Below, piece by piece: positions 18,355 to 26,976 of a stretch of DNA of 58,014 nt (position 1 is its first letter; each line of letters opens with the position of its first letter). Where the stretch lies: contig CALRDW010000001.1 in the NCBI GenBank assembly GCA_943355025.1, forward strand, positions 1 to 58,014. Direction: 5' to 3'. The notes beneath the pieces were generated by a model. It was not told the origin of the DNA, did no database searches, and saw nothing but the letters and a program-made list of their open reading frames with translations. The stretch comes from Candidatus Magasanikiibacteriota bacterium (GTDB lineage: Bacteria; Patescibacteriota; Patescibacteriia; Magasanikbacterales; 2-02-FULL-50-9b). A program made the translations under genes and the position numbers.

Positions 18355-18426
18355 GCTTGGTTCCAGCAAAAAGTTTGGTTCTGGACATTGAAATTTCGAT
18401 CATTAAAACTTGTAAGGAGATATATC

Positions 18427-18975
18427 ATGGAACTCAAACGTAAAGTTATAGGTCTCTTCGTCGATGGCGTTTTGTTTGATGGATTTGAAAAGGGGTTCGA
18501 CAAAAATGCCAATAAGTTATTTGCAGGTAAGTACGATTACGTGCAAATGTTACCAGGAGCGTTGGATTCTGTGAAACTTCTTATTGAGAAAGGGTGGGAG
18601 GTCCATTTGCTTGTTTGTACTTTTAAGCGCGATCTGCCATATTGGCGGGCAGTTACGAAATGGGCAAAGCACAATGGATTTTTTGGTGAAGGCTTGCTTA
18701 AGCCGAAACAGATTCACTGTATGACCTATGCAGCCTTGCCGCGTTATGCAAAGCGCCTCAAATTCATCAAGGTGTACATGACATTTCCTGAACAGCACTA
18801 TTGTTTCACACTCCACGGCTTCTCTCAGATTCCCAGCCATCCTTTTGGTCAAATTAGTCCAGCTGGATGTCTCAAAGACCATGTTGCGTTTCAAAAGATG
18901 GTGTATAGCAATGAGGATTTTGAAGCTAGGGCAGCTCTTGTTGATGGCGACAAGTTTTGGGATGAAGCTGTCTAG
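18427..18975 (+). CDS. Degenerate HAD-fold ORFan (cassette 5)
   Basis: TAAGGAG SD; VIGLFVDGVL (motif I without the nucleophile Asp), LPGALD..K.L...G.EVHL. Confidence 0.7.
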   Translation: MELKRKVIGLFVDGVLFDGFEKGFDKNANKLFAGKYDYVQMLPGALDSVKLLIEKGWEVHLLVCTFKRDLPYWRAVTKWAKHNGFFGEGLLKPKQIHCMTYAALPRYAKRLKFIKVYMTFPEQHYCFTLHGFSQIPSHPFGQISPAGCLKDHVAFQKMVYSNEDFEARAALVDGDKFWDEAV

Positions 18976-19031
18976 GGCTAAGGGCATATCTAGAATCTAA
19001 GTTCTGAACAGCAACTCTAAACGTTATGTAA

Positions 19032-19082
19032 GACCCCATGATTACATCTGAACAGATGTGGTCGCGGGGTCATTTTTTTTAT
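19032..19082 (+). terminator. Cassette 5 terminator
   Basis: GACCCC.TGATTACATCTG-aa-CAGATGTGGTCGCGGGGTC then T-tract. Confidence 0.8.
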
Positions 19083-19095
19083 CAAAACTTTTTTC

Positions 19096-19223
19096 GGAAC
19101 TCTCCGGTTCGCAAAAGATGCGAGCCGGCCCGGGCAGTCGGAATGTCCGCTGGACATTCCTTGGTTCCTGGGCCTGCGCACGCTCGGCCCGCCTTTGGCC
19201 CCTTCGAGTCCCTTCCAGTCCGC
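19096..19223 (-). repeat. tRNA-Asp 3'-associated structured element with a 21-bp inverted copy of the tRNA 3' end
   Basis: 19203-19223 is the exact reverse complement of 19265-19285; three further hairpins. Confidence 0.8.
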
Positions 19224-19230
19224 GTCCAAA

Positions 19231-19260
19231 GAAAAAACCACCCTTGCGGGTGGATTTTTT
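19231..19260 (-). terminator. Terminator after tRNA-Asp
   Basis: AAAAAA.CCACCC-GCAA-GGGTGG-TTTTTT on the minus strand. Confidence 0.8.
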
Positions 19261-19262
19261 CA

Positions 19263-19339
19263 TGGCGGACTGGAAGGGACTCGAACCCTCGACCTTCCGC
19301 GTGACAGGCGGACGTTCTAACCAGCTGAACTACCAGTCC
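19263..19339 (-). tRNA. tRNA-Asp (GTC)
   Basis: Cloverleaf GGACTGG/CCAGTCC, anticodon loop CT-GTC-AC, GGTTCGAGTCC, encoded CCA. Confidence 0.97.
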
Positions 19340-19425
19340 AAGTGAGGCTGACAATGAGTGTTTACACTCGATTGTCATGCCGAGCGCGGACGCCGTAGTT
19401 ACGAATGTAACTACCAGTCCAGCGC
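19340..19425 (-). repeat. tRNA-Asp 5' leader element with duplicated tRNA 5' end
   Basis: 13-bp direct repeat 19328-19340/19409-19421 inside a long hairpin; second hairpin with a GTAAAC loop. Confidence 0.75.
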
Positions 19426-19491
19426 GGTACTACGTAAATTTTTTTTGCACCGCGTGTTCAGTTTGTCATGCTGAGAACGCTCAAAAGGCCT

Positions 19492-19848
19492 TTACGCCTT
19501 TACAACCTGCACTTTTTTAACAATGCCTTCAAATACCTTTGGGTATTTCTGTGCGAGTTCTGCCAAAACCTTACGATTCAACGTGATGTTTGCTTTTTTC
19601 AAAGCATCCATGAAGCGTGAATAGGTCATACCGTACTGGCGAACAGCTGCGTTGATCGAAATGTGCCAAGCTGCGCGGAACACAGCTTTCTTTTTGCGGC
19701 GAGCCTGCATGGAGTTGACGCCAGAGTGAAGAATGGCTTCCTTTGCCATTTTTACACGGTTCTTGCGACCCCACATGAAGCCTTTTGTATTTTTGAGCAG
19801 TTTTGTGCGCTTTCGTGCGCGAACTGTTCCTCGTTTAACGCGTGGCAT
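19492..19848 (-). CDS. rplT: 50S ribosomal protein L20
   Basis: MPRVKRG...FR..W...INAA.R..G..YS.FM..LKK..I.LNRKVLAELA. Confidence 0.98.
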   Translation of the reverse strand: MPRVKRGTVRARKRTKLLKNTKGFMWGRKNRVKMAKEAILHSGVNSMQARRKKKAVFRAAWHISINAAVRQYGMTYSRFMDALKKANITLNRKVLAELAQKYPKVFEGIVKKVQVVKA

Positions 19849-19859
19849 ATATCAAACAA

Positions 19860-20054
19860 TTAATTCTGGATTGAGTTCACAATCAACTTGGTGTGTGTAC
19901 CAGCAAGTGATTTATCGGTGCGTTTCTTGCGGGTGGTGTTACCGCTTTCACGGCCATTAAAATGGTCCTGGCCTGCTGCACGGTGAATAACCTTCCCTGT
20001 ACGTGTTACGCGGAAGCGCTTTGCAATCATTTTTTTCGTTTTCATCTTACCCAT
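19860..20054 (-). CDS. rpmI: 50S ribosomal protein L35
   Basis: KMKTKK..AKRF.VT.TGKV; lies between infC and rplT. Confidence 0.95.
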   Translation of the reverse strand: MGKMKTKKMIAKRFRVTRTGKVIHRAAGQDHFNGRESGNTTRKKRTDKSLAGTHTKLIVNSIQN

Positions 20055-20115
20055 AGTCTGCAAAATAAGTGACAGGAGTATATCAGTAAACCCGCACCGC
20101 CGTCAAGCTGGCACC

Positions 20116-20664
20116 CTATATCTTGGTGAGCAGGGCAATAATCTTGTTTTCTTGCTTGGTTGGGGCCTGTTCGATTCTGAGAGGCACGGCTGTTTTGAGC
20201 TCAATAATAAAGGCATTCACAACCTTAAACGCGTTTTCAACGAACTGTCGCTCGCGACCGCGCAAAATGAGCTCTACCTTAACCTTGTTGCCATCCTCAA
20301 AAAAGCCTTTGGCCTGGTTGAGTCTGAGCTCCTTATCATGTTCACCAATACGGAGCGACAAACGAACACCCTTAACTTCGGTTTCCTTTTGCTTCTTTTT
20401 TTGGATGCGCTCCTCCTTATCTTTTTGATATTTAAATTGACCGTATTCCGTAATTTTTACAACCGGTGGCAATGCTTCCGGATTGATTTCAATGAGATCA
20501 AGCCCTCGTTCGTCCGCGAGTTTGAGCGCGTCCGCGATTGACATAACTCCGACATGCGCGCCAGCATCATCAATAACACGCACCTCTTCGGCACGAATCA
20601 TTTCGTTGAAGCGAATTTTGATTTTTGCTACCTCTGGTTTAAATCGTTTTCGGGCAATACGCAT
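20116..20664 (-). CDS. infC: Translation initiation factor IF-3
   Basis: NE.IRA.EVRVID, GLDL.E..P.A.PPV.KI, G.KVKV...RGRE. Confidence 0.97.
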   Translation of the reverse strand: MRIARKRFKPEVAKIKIRFNEMIRAEEVRVIDDAGAHVGVMSIADALKLADERGLDLIEINPEALPPVVKITEYGQFKYQKDKEERIQKKKQKETEVKGVRLSLRIGEHDKELRLNQAKGFFEDGNKVKVELILRGRERQFVENAFKVVNAFIIELKTAVPLRIEQAPTKQENKIIALLTKI

Positions 20665-20752
20665 ATGTGTGGCTGAGTATAGCGAATAGCGGGCGATTGC
20701 GCAAGGGTGCCTCCGCTTGCATGGCGTCCCGCGTGCTGCTAAACTACTGTCC

Positions 20753-21391
20753 ATGTTTGATCTTGTTTCTATTATTAAAGCAGGTGGCTATTTTGCGGTC
20801 TTCGGAATTATATTTGCGGAGTCTGGTCTTTTGATTGGGTTTTTTCTTCCCGGTGACAGCTTACTATTTACCGCTGGATTTTTATCATCGCAGGGCTACC
20901 TTGACATTCGTATTCTTGCACCGCTGTGTTTTATTGCAGCGCTTTCTGGCGATTCGTTTGGCTATGCAATTGGCAAACGGCTTGGCCCAAAAATTTTTAC
21001 ACGCGAAGACTCGCTTATTTTTAATAAAAATCACGTCGCACGCGCACAAGCCTTTTATGAACGTCACGGTGGAAAAGCGATCACTCTCGCCCGATTTACA
21101 CCCGTTATCCGCACGTTTGCACCGATTGTTGCGGGCGTTGGTAAGATGCGATATTCAGCTTTTTTATTTTACAACACACTCGGCGCGCTTATCTGGGCTG
21201 TTGGCGTCAGTCTCGCTGGTTATTTCCTCGGCAACCGCTTTCCGGGAATCGATCATTATTTGTTACCCATAATTTTGGTCATAATGCTTACGTCAATCAT
21301 GCCGGGCATTATTCACATTGTGCGTGACGGAGCAGACCGTGCAAAAATAAAAGCGGGGATCAAAAAAATATTTTCAGGTAAGGAAAAATAA
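20753..21391 (+). CDS. DedA/VTT family membrane protein
   Basis: [29 protein letters not shown]. Confidence 0.93.
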   Translation: MFDLVSIIKAGGYFAVFGIIFAESGLLIGFFLPGDSLLFTAGFLSSQGYLDIRILAPLCFIAALSGDSFGYAIGKRLGPKIFTREDSLIFNKNHVARAQAFYERHGGKAITLARFTPVIRTFAPIVAGVGKMRYSAFLFYNTLGALIWAVGVSLAGYFLGNRFPGIDHYLLPIILVIMLTSIMPGIIHIVRDGADRAKIKAGIKKIFSGKEK

Positions 21392-21396
21392 TTTGT

Positions 21397-22332
21397 ATGA
21401 AAACTATTGTTGTAACGGGCGGAGCTGGATTTATTGGTTCGCATTTGTGTGAGGCGCTGCTTACGAATGGGGACCGCGTGATCTGCGTTGATAATTTTGT
21501 GAGTGGTTCTGCGACAAACATTGAGCCGTTCCGCGCAAATCCGCATTTTGCTTTTATTGAACACAACGTGTGTGAACCGCTCGTGATTGATGATCATATT
21601 GATCAGGTCTATAATCTTGCGTGCCCTGCGTCGCCTGTGCATTATCAGCGCGATGCGGTTTTGACACTTGAGACAAATGTGATTGGAACGCACAATATGA
21701 TTCGGCTTGCGCTTGGGGCTGGTGCGCGCATTCTCCAGGCAAGTACGTCGGAGGTTTATGGAGATCCGCTCGAACACCCACAAAAGGAGACTTATTGGGG
21801 AAATGTAAATCCGATCGGTGTTCGTGCGTGTTATGATGAAGGAAAGCGCGCGGCGGAAACGTTGTGCTTTGATTATTCTAGACAACGCGGTGCGGATATT
21901 CGAGTTGTGCGGATTTTTAACACCTATGGTCCGCGCATGGCAGAGCATGATGGACGCGTAGTCTCAAATTTCATTGTTGCAGCACTGCGTGGAGAGCCGA
22001 TTACAATTTACGGCGACGGCTCGCAGACGCGCAGTTTTCAATTTGTGAGCGATCTCGTGCGCGGATTAATTTTGATGATGAATAATGAATCATTTATCGG
22101 GCCGGTTAATTTAGGAAACCCGGGCGAGTTCAATATGCTTGAGCTTGCGGAAAAAGTTTTGAGAATGACGGGATCAGCTTCTGATCTCATAACTAAGCCG
22201 CTGCCGAGTGACGATCCACGGCGTCGAAAGCCAGACATTTCGGTTGCGAAAAAAGAACTTGGCTGGGAGCCAGTCGTTGGGCTCGATGAGGGGCTCGAAA
22301 AAACCATTGCTTATTTTGCAACAGTGGTGTAG
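21397..22332 (+). CDS. UDP-glucuronic acid decarboxylase family SDR
   Basis: [46 protein letters not shown]. Confidence 0.93.
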   Translation: MKTIVVTGGAGFIGSHLCEALLTNGDRVICVDNFVSGSATNIEPFRANPHFAFIEHNVCEPLVIDDHIDQVYNLACPASPVHYQRDAVLTLETNVIGTHNMIRLALGAGARILQASTSEVYGDPLEHPQKETYWGNVNPIGVRACYDEGKRAAETLCFDYSRQRGADIRVVRIFNTYGPRMAEHDGRVVSNFIVAALRGEPITIYGDGSQTRSFQFVSDLVRGLILMMNNESFIGPVNLGNPGEFNMLELAEKVLRMTGSASDLITKPLPSDDPRRRKPDISVAKKELGWEPVVGLDEGLEKTIAYFATVV

Positions 22333-22379
22333 CGCGCATGTAGTGGTTCGTGATAGAATAAACAATAAGTTATTTTTAT

Positions 22380-22520
22380 ATGACAGATACAGAACTCAAA
22401 GCAATTGCAGCAAAGATTAAGGACGGATCAGCAACTGATGACGAAAAACTTCAGTTCGCACAAGGCGTGGACGGACTTCTTGACGAGCTCGATGAAGCTG
22501 TAGGACAGCCAAATAATTAG
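22380..22520 (+). CDS. 46-aa helical small protein (not in ORF track)
   Basis: MTDTELKAIAAKIKDGSATDDEKLQFAQGVDGLLDELDEAVGQPNN; TG.TAGAAT -10 upstream; 5 nt from next ATG. Confidence 0.65.
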   Translation: MTDTELKAIAAKIKDGSATDDEKLQFAQGVDGLLDELDEAVGQPNN

Positions 22521-22525
22521 TTTTT

Positions 22526-22933
22526 ATGTCACAACATGAATTTGTTCCAGCAGATTATGAACTAGAAAGACCCGGTGAACAGGCGCTTGCAAAGATGAAC
22601 AAACGGCTTCACGAACGAGTGATTCAACCAAAGCCTGAATTTTGGGATAAGATTCGTGTCCGACTCGTTAATGATAAACGCCTTGCTCAAACAACCTATA
22701 AACTATTTGAGGCGCTCAGCGCTGCAGGGCTTCTTGGGGGTATTATATCAGCCGCTGTTCTGAATGGTGGCGGAGAAGGAGCGGGAATTGCAGCTTTTGG
22801 AGCTGTGGTGGCTGGGGGCCTTGAGCTTGCGCGTCGCAACTCAGCGGCAGAAGCGGATGAAAAGATTGCAAAGACGGAACATCGGTTGCACGCTGCGTTG
22901 AGTCGTGAAGCTACTCCAGAACAAGGCACATAA
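22526..22933 (+). CDS. Hypothetical Gly/Ala-rich helical-hairpin protein, paralog A
   Basis: YKLFEALSAAG...GLELARR..AAEA. Confidence 0.75.
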   Translation: MSQHEFVPADYELERPGEQALAKMNKRLHERVIQPKPEFWDKIRVRLVNDKRLAQTTYKLFEALSAAGLLGGIISAAVLNGGGEGAGIAAFGAVVAGGLELARRNSAAEADEKIAKTEHRLHAALSREATPEQGT

Positions 22934-22942
22934 TACTTTCAT

Positions 22943-23326
22943 ATGGAACATTCCGAAATTGAGGCTCATGGAGCAGATGGGCAAGGCACGAAACTAATGC
23001 ATGAGGAGCAACGCGCACTGCGAGAAACGGGGTCAGAACACTTGTCTGCTGTTGGGACGCGCATGCAGCACACAGGCGAAACTTTGCGTATTAAAAATGC
23101 AGCAGGCGACGCTTTTTTTGACAAGCCACCCGTGCGCCAAGTCATGTATCGTCTTGCCGAAGTTATGTCTGCTGCGGGCATAGGCGGGCTTTCTGTGATG
23201 GCGATGCTTGAAAGTTCAACTGGTCGTGGCATTGGTGGCGGTTTGGCAGGCGCTGCAATTGCCGCACTTTTGACTGCCGGACTCGAACTCTGCCGTAAAG
23301 AAGAAGCGGCCGAAGCCGCAAAATAA
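22943..23326 (+). CDS. Hypothetical Gly/Ala-rich helical-hairpin protein, paralog B
   Basis: YRLAEVMSAAG...GLELCRK..AAEA. Confidence 0.75.
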   Translation: MEHSEIEAHGADGQGTKLMHEEQRALRETGSEHLSAVGTRMQHTGETLRIKNAAGDAFFDKPPVRQVMYRLAEVMSAAGIGGLSVMAMLESSTGRGIGGGLAGAAIAALLTAGLELCRKEEAAEAAK

Positions 23327-23329
23327 GGG

Positions 23330-23929
23330 TTATAAATTTTGTCGTGCGCGCAGCGCGCCTGCGAGCGTGACTTCATCAGCGTATTCGACAGAGCCGCCTG
23401 AGGGCAGGCCTGTCGCGAGACGTGTTATTTTTAAATTTTCTCTTTTGAGTTGCTTATTTAAATACTGAATTGTTGTTTCGCCCTCAATTGTTGGGTCAAA
23501 CGCAAAAATAATTTCCACGATGGGTGTTTCTGAATTTTTCGCGCGCGTGATAAGTTCCGCGGCTTTGATTTGATGCGTTCCTGCGTCGATAAGTGGATCG
23601 ATAAGGCCACGGAGTACGTGGTACACGCCTTTGTAGTCATGCGTTTTTTCAATTGCAATGATATCTTGTGGTTCTGCGACAACACAAATCGTTGTATGAT
23701 CGCGCCGCGAGTCCGCGCAAATTTCGCAGGGGCTGAGAGCGGAAAAATTATGGCACTCTTCGCAGGACTTTACTGATTGCAGCAAATCTTCGAGTGCACG
23801 TTCGAGTCGTGACACTTCGCCGCGTCCAGACTTCAGTAAAAACATAACAAAGCGCTCGGCGGTTTTTGGACCAACGCCCGGGAGACGTATGAACGCTTCG
23901 ATGAGTCGCTGAATCGGGGGAGCAAACAT
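23330..23929 (-). CDS. recR: Recombination mediator RecR
   Basis: LPGVGPKTAER, C4 zinc finger, YHVL.G, EGE.T, EYADEVTL. Confidence 0.97.
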   Translation of the reverse strand: MFAPPIQRLIEAFIRLPGVGPKTAERFVMFLLKSGRGEVSRLERALEDLLQSVKSCEECHNFSALSPCEICADSRRDHTTICVVAEPQDIIAIEKTHDYKGVYHVLRGLIDPLIDAGTHQIKAAELITRAKNSETPIVEIIFAFDPTIEGETTIQYLNKQLKRENLKITRLATGLPSGGSVEYADEVTLAGALRARQNL

Positions 23930-23975
23930 AGAAAGGAAGTGGCGCGTGCAGTGCAGAGCGCAGGATCTTCATTCA

Positions 23976-24278
23976 TTAGCCAAGATCAGGCATTTGAAAA
24001 TCTCCCATCGAATCCTTCATTTTTTCTGCCATGACTTTGTGGCATTTCTGAATTGCATCGTTCGCTGCATCTTTGATGAGATCCTGTAATTTATTTTTAT
24101 TTCCCGGCGCAATTAAATTTTCGTCAATATCAACGCTCTCGATTTGTTGCGCGCCGTTGATCATGATTTTTACTTTTCCAAAACCAGCGGAACCTTCGAC
24201 ATGTTCTTGTGAAAGTTTTTCATGAATAACTTTTGCTTTGTCGCGCATGTTTTTGAACTGTTTGAGTTTCTGGAACAT
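23976..24278 (-). CDS. ybaB: YbaB/EbfC nucleoid-associated protein
   Basis: EG.AG.G.V....NG...I..V.ID; adjacent to recR. Confidence 0.92.
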   Translation of the reverse strand: MFQKLKQFKNMRDKAKVIHEKLSQEHVEGSAGFGKVKIMINGAQQIESVDIDENLIAPGNKNKLQDLIKDAANDAIQKCHKVMAEKMKDSMGDFQMPDLG

Positions 24279-24287
24279 AGAAAATAA

Positions 24288-25661
24288 TTAGAATGAATGT
24301 TTGGTGTCGAGACTGCGGAAGTTCGCTGTGTTTTCGTTGAAAAATAATTGTACCACACCGGTTGGGCCGTTTCTGTGTTTTGCAATATGAATTTCTGCGA
24401 TGTTGCGTTCGTCCTGCGGAATTTCGTCTGCTCGATAATTTCGGTCAACAGCTTTGCGATAAATGAACATTACGATATCCGCATCTTGTTCAATACTACC
24501 ACTTTCACGGAGGTGCGCCAGTTTTGGAATTGCTGGTTTGCTTTGTTCAACGGCGCGCGAAAGCTGCGAGAGCGCAATGACGGGAATATTGAGCTCGCGC
24601 GCCAAACCCTTAAGACCACGAGTGATTTCTGCGACTTCTTGAACGCGATTATCCGAATTGCCGCCAGACTTTGATTCCATCAGTTGCAGATAATCAACGA
24701 TGACCATCCCAAGACCGTTTTCCATTTGAAGGCGACGCGCTTTAGTTCTGATTTGTGTAATGTTGAGTGACGCCGTGTCATCGATGAACAACGGCGCATC
24801 CGAGAGCGTGCCCATCGCGTGGCCGAGACGTGCAAAATCATCCGAGTCTTCACGTTCTGCAAGATTACCGGTTCGCAGTTTCCACAAATCAATGTTTGAT
24901 TCCGCACAGAGAAGTTTATCCACGAGTTGCTCCTTTGACATTTCAAGAGCAAAAATTCCAACAGGGATTTGATGTTTTGTTGCAGCAATACGCGCCATGT
25001 CAAGAACCAAACTTGTTTTACCAACTGATGGACGCGCAGCAATAATAATGAGATCTGATTTTTGAAAACCAGAAAGCATATTGTCGAGCGCGGGGAAGCC
25101 AGTTGGAATGCCACGAAGTTTTCCGCGCTCCCTATGCAATTCATCAATGCGATCAAACGCGGTAACAATTACATCACGAATCGGAACAAATGCAGTTCCA
25201 CCGAATGATGATGACACGCCGTAAATTTGTTGTTGCGCCTTGTCGAGTACATCTTCGATCTCATCCGCTTCTTCAAACGCAAGGCGCGTAATTGTTTCCG
25301 CGGCTTTGAGCAATCGGCGAAGAACCCCTTTACGATGCACAATGTGCGCATAGTTGACCACGTGCGCGGCAGTCGGGACAGAGTTTGTAATGGATGCGAG
25401 CGCTGTTGTCCCACCGACAAGGTCTAATTGATTTTTATCGCGCAGACGATTGCTCAAACTGAGGAGATCGATAGGTTCGTGTTTGAGCGAGAGTTCGCTG
25501 CACGCTTCAAAAATTAATTTGTGTGCCTCACGATAAAAATCGTTGGGATCTATGATGTCGTGGATTTTAAAAATCGCTTCTTTGTCAATTAAAATAGCAC
25601 CGAGCAGAGATTGTTCCGCTTCGTCATTGTGTGGTGGAATTCGGCCGAGAGGGTCTGCCAT
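24288..25661 (-). CDS. dnaB: Replicative DNA helicase
   Basis: PPH..EAEQ, AARPSVGKT, VDYLQL, LSQLSR, LRESGSIEQDAD, AKHRNGP; no intein. Confidence 0.98.
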   Translation of the reverse strand: MADPLGRIPPHNDEAEQSLLGAILIDKEAIFKIHDIIDPNDFYREAHKLIFEACSELSLKHEPIDLLSLSNRLRDKNQLDLVGGTTALASITNSVPTAAHVVNYAHIVHRKGVLRRLLKAAETITRLAFEEADEIEDVLDKAQQQIYGVSSSFGGTAFVPIRDVIVTAFDRIDELHRERGKLRGIPTGFPALDNMLSGFQKSDLIIIAARPSVGKTSLVLDMARIAATKHQIPVGIFALEMSKEQLVDKLLCAESNIDLWKLRTGNLAEREDSDDFARLGHAMGTLSDAPLFIDDTASLNITQIRTKARRLQMENGLGMVIVDYLQLMESKSGGNSDNRVQEVAEITRGLKGLARELNIPVIALSQLSRAVEQSKPAIPKLAHLRESGSIEQDADIVMFIYRKAVDRNYRADEIPQDERNIAEIHIAKHRNGPTGVVQLFFNENTANFRSLDTKHSF

Positions 25662-25761
25662 AGGGAGGGGTGGAGTTATCTTACTCTACAAGAGGGGTCG
25701 CGTGAAGCCTATTCGTACACAGGTAATACACAGGCAGGCACGACCAGTGTATACTACGGTT

Positions 25762-26976
25762 ATGAAGCTGTGTATCATATCAAATTTGTATCCGCCCTAC
25801 GTTCGTGGCGGCGCTGAGCGGATTGCCGAACGATTGGCGGAGGAATCAGCGGCGCGCGGCGACGTGGTGCATGTGATTACATCGGCGCCGTTTTCGCATA
25901 CGGGTTTTGGTGACGCATTGCATGTAGAGCGTGGCGTGCATGTGCATCGCTTGTTCCACTCGAATGTTTATTTTAATTTGTATAGTTCGCATCACGCATT
26001 TTTTTTGAGGTTCGTTTCATTTGTGTGGACAGAATTTAATTTTGTGTATGCATTTCATGTGTGGAAATTGCTCCGCGAAATCAAGCCCGACGTTATACAT
26101 ACACACAATCTTGCAGGCACAAGTTTTTTAATTCCGCGCGTAATAAAATTATTGCGCATACCGCACATTCATACTGTGCATGATATTCAACTCGCGATTC
26201 CATCCGGCCGGCTATTGGTCGGCGAAGAATTTGATTTTATTAATTCTGGCGCACTTGTCCTGGCGTTTCAATGGCTGCAACGAAAGCTGTGGGGTTCGCC
26301 GCGCATTATTACCGCACCATCCGAGTGGTTGCTTTCGTATTATCGTACACGAAAATATTTTCGAGGTAGTCGGTTTCAACTCGTCCGACATTTTTTTCCG
26401 CCAGAACAGTCGCTCGCACTTCGTGATTCGCAGGCACATATAAAGCGTCCGCAATTTACGCTTGTGTATGTTGGACAAATGGAGCGCGCGAAAGGTGTGA
26501 TTATGCTCGTGCAATTATTTGGCGCGCTCTGTACGGAAGGTCTCGCGCAGAACGCCGAACTCATTTTTGTCGGAACGGGCGCTGATGAAAAAATTGTTGC
26601 AACACTTGCGGCGCCATTCAAACAAATTTCTGTGCTTGGCCATTTGCACCATGATGAAGTTGAGGCTGTTATTCGATCCGCCGATGTTGTTCTCGTGCCG
26701 TCGTTGTTATACGAAAATTCACCCACCATTGTAGTTGAGGCGCTTGCTGCGGGACGCCCACTTGTTGTGTCTGACGTTGGCGGCGCGGCCGAGCTTGTGC
26801 GAGCAACTCCGGACGGGGGTTTTGTTGTTGAACCAAACGAGACGGCGTGGCGCGAGCAGCTCGCAGGGCTTTTGCAAAACCCCCAAACTGTGCTACAAAT
26901 GAATCCGCAATTTACCGCGCCGAGCAGCGTCCTGGCGTTTCACGAATTATATGTATGGCTGAACCAAAAATCTTAA
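25762..26976 (+). CDS. Glycosyltransferase family 4
   Basis: YPP...GGAE, PDVIHTHN, YVG.....KG, PS...ENSP....EA...G.P; TATACT 6 nt before ATG. Confidence 0.9.
   Translation: MKLCIISNLYPPYVRGGAERIAERLAEESAARGDVVHVITSAPFSHTGFGDALHVERGVHVHRLFHSNVYFNLYSSHHAFFLRFVSFVWTEFNFVYAFHVWKLLREIKPDVIHTHNLAGTSFLIPRVIKLLRIPHIHTVHDIQLAIPSGRLLVGEEFDFINSGALVLAFQWLQRKLWGSPRIITAPSEWLLSYYRTRKYFRGSRFQLVRHFFPPEQSLALRDSQAHIKRPQFTLVYVGQMERAKGVIMLVQLFGALCTEGLAQNAELIFVGTGADEKIVATLAAPFKQISVLGHLHHDEVEAVIRSADVVLVPSLLYENSPTIVVEALAAGRPLVVSDVGGAAELVRATPDGGFVVEPNETAWREQLAGLLQNPQTVLQMNPQFTAPSSVLAFHELYVWLNQKS

Noticed and set aside
11970-18412. boxA-like sequences in cassette leaders (TTTCTTTCAAA, GAACCTTAACAA, GATCATTAAAA)
   Set aside because: Matches to TGCTCTTTAACA are too loose and present in only some cassettes; cannot be supported without motif statistics.
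19017-19378. Several short ORFs over the tRNA-Asp region
   Set aside because: They are translations of tRNA and GC-rich hairpins with no coding signals.
24288-25661. Intein in DnaB
   Set aside because: Normal length (457 aa) with contiguous motifs.
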